From contig NC_057751.1 of the NCBI RefSeq assembly GCF_004010195.1, positions 11,936,466 through 12,000,465 on the forward strand: a stretch of DNA of 64,000 nucleotides, in the 5' to 3' direction. The stretch's first letter is position 1. Every line of letters starts with the position of its first letter. The stretch comes from Chiloscyllium plagiosum (Eukaryota). The notes beneath the pieces were generated by a model that worked only from the letters and a program-made list of their open reading frames with translations, made no database searches and was not told the origin of the DNA. A program made the translations under genes and the position numbers. This document shows, one piece after another, positions 58,436 to 64,000 of the stretch.

Positions 58436-60757
58436 CCTTGCTGATTTTTTAGTATTTTTACTTGACGTTTATATCAATTTTGGTCTGGAGCTGTAAACAA
58501 GGAATTGCAAGCTAAAGATGACTTTTGAACTGTGGGTAACAGGTTGTGTTAAAAGAAAAACAAGCTGGAAGATTTTGTCTATTTTTGAGGCCAGGACTGC
58601 AAGTTGGTCTCTGGTCAAAAGGTTATGTTGGCACTTCATACCAGAGAAGAGTGTTATGTTTAAACAAATAGTAATACTGACCTCATATTAATGTACCTAA
58701 AAAACATGGTTCTAGCAAGTCGGGAAAAGACTTTATGCTCAATCAGATAGTCAATTTGCATAGTAACTGGGACCTCGTGGTGGAGACATTCATTCTGTCA
58801 AGGAGCAGTCAGAGTTTGAATTGGACTTTGGGCTGTGTTTACTGTTAAAAGGAATCTGGGTGTTGATGCTACAGCATGACGGTTTCAAAGCTCCCTGCCT
58901 AAATTCCCACAAGCAACTCTTGGAAACTCAGAGAACAAAAAACAAAGTGATAAGTATTATTGCCTTAATCTGAGTGAACTGTCAAGATGATCCTGATTGA
59001 AATCTTCAAAAATCAACCAAGAAACCATCATCTGTGCATGTGGAACAATGCATTGTGAAACCACTCAAGTAATCTGACCAATTCTATTTTATTTCTGCCT
59101 TAACTGTGTTTGTTTGTATGTCAATATTTTGCGTGAATGGGCTTTAAAACTAAGATTTTGGGATTAAAACATTGACCACTTAGATTACATTGTTGTTTAA
59201 TTTTACTCCATTAGATTAATTATATCTTCTGCCTAAAGTATTTCTTCCCAGATAGTACGAGAAGCTCAATTAACACCAATAAGTCAGATTCGTTGTGGTG
59301 AACTGAAGCAATATGTTTGAGTCAGAAACTAACATTTACAATGTACTGGCAGAGCTGGATACACAACCACAAATGAAACAAACTTCTGTGAGTTACTGAA
59401 GTATATCTTTGGATGTAATTACAGCTGCCATTGTGCATTGTGGAGAATATGACTGTGTGATGGTGCAGTTGTCACTGAACTCAGTCGAGTGGAGGGTATT
59501 GCATCATAGCTCTGACATGCCTCCTCTAGAAAGAGGACAGGCTTTGGGAAAAAGGAGGCAAGTTCCTCACCACAGAAATACCAACCTTTGACCTATTCCT
59601 GTAATCAAACTATTGAGATGGATGGTCCAGTTCAGCATCTGGTCAGTGATAACATCCAGATTACTGAATGTGAGGAATTTAGCAATGGTAATGCTGTTGA
59701 ACATCTTGGAAAGACATTAGGCATCCTCTTGTTGGAAATGCTCATTGTTGCGAGAGAAAATATTGCACAATCATAACTGATTATCACTGAATTTTACCTT
59801 GTGTTCATTGTGCAAATGGTGTGCGGTTGAGTTCAGGATATCATTGCAGGTGAAAACCCAATATCCCAGCAGATGTCATGATGACTTTATTCTGTGGCAG
59901 TTTGCTCTACCATGAGTTTTGGGACATCAATTTAAACCACAAGGTTCACAAAGGTTATCCACTTACTAACTGCCTTGTGAACAGATCATAGGGATACTCA
60001 AGCACTGTTTCCACTGCCTGACTGCTCTGGACAAAGCCTCTCGCACTTAGTGTGTGACAAATGGTCACAGTCCACTCAATCAACACAAGTATTATGAGGG
60101 TACAGTCCTTGCCTGTGTTATTTGGTGGGTTGCTCAGAGCCTTGAAGGAGGGAAGGAACAAATAGCAAATCCCTCGCCAGCTGATTCAACTGAAACAGCC
60201 TTCAACACAATCCCAGCTCCGAATTCATCAACAGTCTCATACCGCATCTACCAACTGTTACTGATGGTGACAGAATCCTCTTCACTTTAATATGAAATCA
60301 CTACAAAAGATCTCTACAAAAGTATATTCCAAATAAAGTGGTTATTCAAACTGCCCAATGTCACATATTCACCTCTACTAAATCCTTTAGTGCTTGTCTT
60401 CTGGATCCTTTGCCTGGTCTTTTGCTCCTTTACCGTCTTACCCCAGTGGCTGACAAAAAGTGCAAAAGGTAGTTGACTTTCAATACAAGGGATTGGGTAT
60501 AGGGGCTGTATATAATTTTGCACAAACTCTCGAGTGAGCCAGACCATGGATTCTATTACCTCAGCATATACAGCACAGAGTAGGCAAACTGATTGAAACT
60601 CCTGTACCAAGGTGGCCCCATACCAGGCTCCTTTTTGATCCTACAACAGACTTGGCAGGACACCAAACATTTAATTGTGCATGACCAACAAGCCTGTTTA
60701 TGTGTGCCAATCCAAGACATCAGAAGCAGAATGTTTGTGCAGTTCTCCCCTCTCGGG

Positions 60758-60955
60758 TTGACGGAGTTGCTCTGTTGTTCGATGGCAGTTGCTCTCCGTC
60801 TAACTTTTCAAATACCTGGTTTATATACTCCCATGACACATTAAATTCTTATAATGTGATTGATTTCCAGGTGTCAAAACAATAAAATTCAAACTCCGTT
60901 GACTTCTGGTATGCTGAGCATAGGTTTAACTAATTGGTTACATTCAAATTGTTGT
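60758..60955. repeat. 198-bp direct repeat of 61633-61830
   Basis: 4 mismatches, no indels, by direct comparison. Confidence 0.95.
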
Positions 60956-61192
60956 GGTATTTTCCCGTCTACCATATTGTGGTAGAGCAATCTTGTCATG
61001 ATGCCATGGAGCTGTACATCACTCAGCATACACAGCGATATGTGGCTGGGGTTTGAACACTAGAAGTAAACTCAGTCTAAAAGACTACACCAGACCCAGA
61101 GCACAACACAGACATGAACCCTTGAAGATGATAGATTCATCCTTCACTGATGCAACTATTAGATCACAGCCTGATATATCTATTATGGTCAT

Positions 61193-61981
61193 TGCTACGA
61201 CATGGAAGTCGAACCTCTCTGTTAATTAAACCAAATCCCCCGGAACAGCTCACTCGTAATCTGTTAAAATGTGAGTCAGTGACAGAGAACTCCTAATTTC
61301 CACTATTTAGAGAAAAGAACAATTTATTTTCCTAACTCTAATAGTGAACACTAAACAAAAACTACTTACAAATCCAAGCCCCTCTTTCTGTTAACTCCAA
61401 CTCTTTACGAATGTTATTCCAATACCAACATTATTAAACGCTACATTAACTTAATCTCAAGACCACACAGTTCCTGTCTTCTCCACTGCCTTCAATCTTC
61501 TGTCTGACCTCCCTGGGTCTTTTTTTTCCTTTTTACTGCAAGAATGTTTACATGAAAAAGGTACGTTTTAATAGACAGTGTTTCCTAATTTCTTTGAGGG
61601 CAAGATGTTGGATGGGCAGTTAAGTCTTTGGCTTGACAGAGTTGCTCTGTTGTTCGATGGCAGTTGCTCTCCGTCTAACTTTTCAAATACCTGGTTTATA
61701 TACTCCCATGACACATTAAATTCTTATAAAGTGATTGATTTCCAGGTGTCAAAACAATAAAATTCAAACTCAGTTGACTTCTGGTATGCTGAGCATAGGT
61801 TTAACTAATTGGTTACATTCAAGTTGTTGTCAAAACAACAATCAAAACTCTGGTATCCATTTAACAGCTAACTGTTTCATTTGGAACAGCCGACCTTTCG
61901 CTGTTAGCTGTGGCTGTACTTTAAATTCAGAAAAGCACTTTCTATCTTAAAGTGACCATACATGCTTTTGACTTTGTAACA
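61193..61981 (-). mobile_element. solo LTR (family B)
   Basis: TG...CA with imperfect terminal inverted repeat; perfect 5-bp TSD GTCAT (61188-61192, 61982-61986); minus-strand CCAAT 61808-61812, TATATAAA 61695-61702, AATAAA 61323-61328. Confidence 0.85.
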
Positions 61982-62759
61982 GTCATGTGGAGCAATATTT
62001 ACTCTTAATATATTATAAATAGTATTATTTTAAACTCTAAGCCTGAAAAATGGCATGCCTTTGCCTTCTCCTTGACCCAAACCCATAGTATGGCACCAAA
62101 TAACACAAGTGAAGATGTCCTCCCTTCAGACAATTTCTGACTGGTGACTCCGACTGGTTATGCACGTGCCCCATTTCCATGCTACCTCTAAAATGCACTG
62201 ATGGGTGCAAATCTGAGATCAAGAAATGATGTTCAGCATCATCAATTTATGTATGTCATCAGGTACTTGCAGTGATTGCCATAGCCCTCTGCCCTCCCTA
62301 TCTTCACAACGTTTGTCTGGAGGACCTGCTCCTCTTCCTCCTCCTGTGGATAAAGGACCTCTTACTTCCCATTCATGTCCTGTACCAAGATTCCTGTCCT
62401 GCATCTAAGAACTTGTAGCATGCTCTTTTTGTTCAACCATTATGTTGACCCGACAGACTTTCCATTCGACTTCCAGCATCAGCTGCAATCCAGAATAAGC
62501 AAAGGCTAGTTTCAATAGTGTTTAATTTTCATACACTTGGACCCCCAGACACATTGCACAGTAAATGCAGTGCATTCAGTGATGAGCAGCTCAATGCTGT
62601 CATTCAAATCAGCAAGTATAAAGTTTCCATATTGCCTGCACTGGAAGAAGCATGAATTTCTGAATGTGTCTTTGGGCTTTCTGCCACTTATCTCCAATTA
62701 TCTCTGCTGTAACATAAAGCAACATTGTGCCATTAAAAATTGACCATTCAAGGATGATG

Positions 62760-63640
62760 ACACCAAAATTGGAAGAAGGTTACCTCAGATTACAACAGGA
62801 TCTTAATCAGATGGGCCAATGGGATGAGGAGTGGCAGATGGAGTTTAATTTAGATGAATGCGAGGTGCTGCATTTTGGGAAAGCAAATCTTAGCAGGACT
62901 TATACACTTTATGGTAAGGTACGAGGGAGTGTTGCTGAACAAAGAGACCTTGGAGTGCAGGTTCATAGCTCCTTGAAAGTGGAGTCACAGGTAGATAGGA
63001 CAGTGAAGAAGGCATTTGGTATGCTTTCTTTTATTGGTCAGAGTACTGAGTACAGGAGTTGGGAGGTCATGTTGCAGCTGTACAGGACATTGGTTCGGCC
63101 ACTTTTGGAATATTGCGTGCAATTCTGCTCTCCTTCCTATTGGAAGGATATTGTGAAACTTGAAAGGGTTCAGAAAAGATTTACAAGGATTGTTGCCAGG
63201 GTTGGAGGATTTGAGCTATAGGGAGAGGCTGAATAGGCTGGGGCTGTTTCCCTGGAGCGTCAGAGGCTGAGGGGTGACCTCATAGAGGTTTATAAAATCA
63301 TGAGGGGCATGGATAGGATAAGTAGACAAAGTCTTTTCCCTGGTGGGGAGGAGTCCAGAACTAGAGGACATAGGTTTAGGGTGAGAAGGGAAAGATATGA
63401 AAGAGACCTAAGGGGCAACGTTTTCACGCAGAGGGTGGTACGTATATGAATAGGCTGCCAGAGGAAATGGTGGAGGCTGGTACAATTGGAACTTGATGGG
63501 TATATGAATAGGAAGAGTTTGGAGGGATATGTGCCGAGTACTGGCAGGTGGGACTAAGTTGCGTTGGGATATCTGGTTGGCATGGTTGAGTTGGACGAAA
63601 GGGTCTGTTTCCGTGCTGTACATCTTTACAATTCTATGAA
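62760..63640 (+). mobile_element. young CR1/HER1 LINE 3' part
   Basis: LQQDLNQMGQW...WQMEFNLDECEVLHFG...LVRPLLEYCVQF. Confidence 0.93.
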
Positions 63641-63714
63641 TTGACTTGTGGACGGTCCATTCTTTCCTCACACTGGGAAAATAAGTAATTCTGTTTCAAC
63701 CTGTTTTCTTTAAG

Positions 63715-64000
63715 ACATGGGGATTGTTAGGAACACAGACAAGCATTTCTGTAGCTGTGTTCATTACTCCAGGATGGTATGTTGTCTCCCTGCTGCCAGA
63801 ATCAAATACGTCTCTGAGTGGTTGCACAAAACTCTTAAGGGAAGGGTAAGCAGCCAGAGGTCATTGGGCACATTGATACCAATGACATAGGTAGAAAGAG
63901 AGATGAGGTCCTGCGGATTGAGTACAGGGAGTTAGGAAATAGGCTGAAAAGCAGGACCTCGAGGGTGGTAATCTCTGGATTACCACCAGTGCCACGTTCT
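63715..64000 (+). mobile_element. CR1 ORF1 SGNH-esterase fragment (runs off window)
   Basis: MVCCLPAARIKYVSEWL...HIDTNDIGRKRDEVL...SRVVISGLPPVP. Confidence 0.85.

Noticed and set aside
59800..60750. Exons of a neighbouring gene
   Set aside because: No frame with recognisable homology or convincing splice-site pairs on either strand.

Overview
Eukaryotic (vertebrate) genomic DNA, almost certainly from a shark. The repeat content points that way: an HE1-type V-SINE, HER1/CR1 LINEs, Deu-domain SINEs and Penelope-like termini. The + strand carries the 3' two-thirds of an intact ADAM9 gene. I read 14 GT-AG exons from 1014 to the stop at 47127, which splice into one open frame of 1635 nt (544 aa + stop). 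It covers the metalloprotease ([12 protein letters not shown], Met-turn CIMN), disintegrin (ECD loop), Cys-rich, EGF-like, TM and a ~75-aa Pro-rich tail, and is followed by a repeat-poor putative 3' UTR. Most other sequence is transposon-derived: CR1 LINEs, a Rex1/Babar LINE, L2, SINEs, solo LTRs and Penelope-like elements, plus a decayed Gmr1-like Gypsy element (gag-PR-IN-RT order) with nested insertions downstream of the gene. There is a 500-N assembly gap at 50843-51342. I found no clearly new multi-gene system. The most interesting observations are minimal hammerhead-ribozyme cores in Penelope termini inside ADAM9 introns (including a ~183-nt palindrome with a 22-bp flanking duplication), the Gmr1-like fossil, a 198-bp duplication of an LTR promoter core, and several sequence-encoded routes to truncated or secreted ADAM9 isoforms. 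Repeat boundaries and family names were assigned by eye and are approximate.
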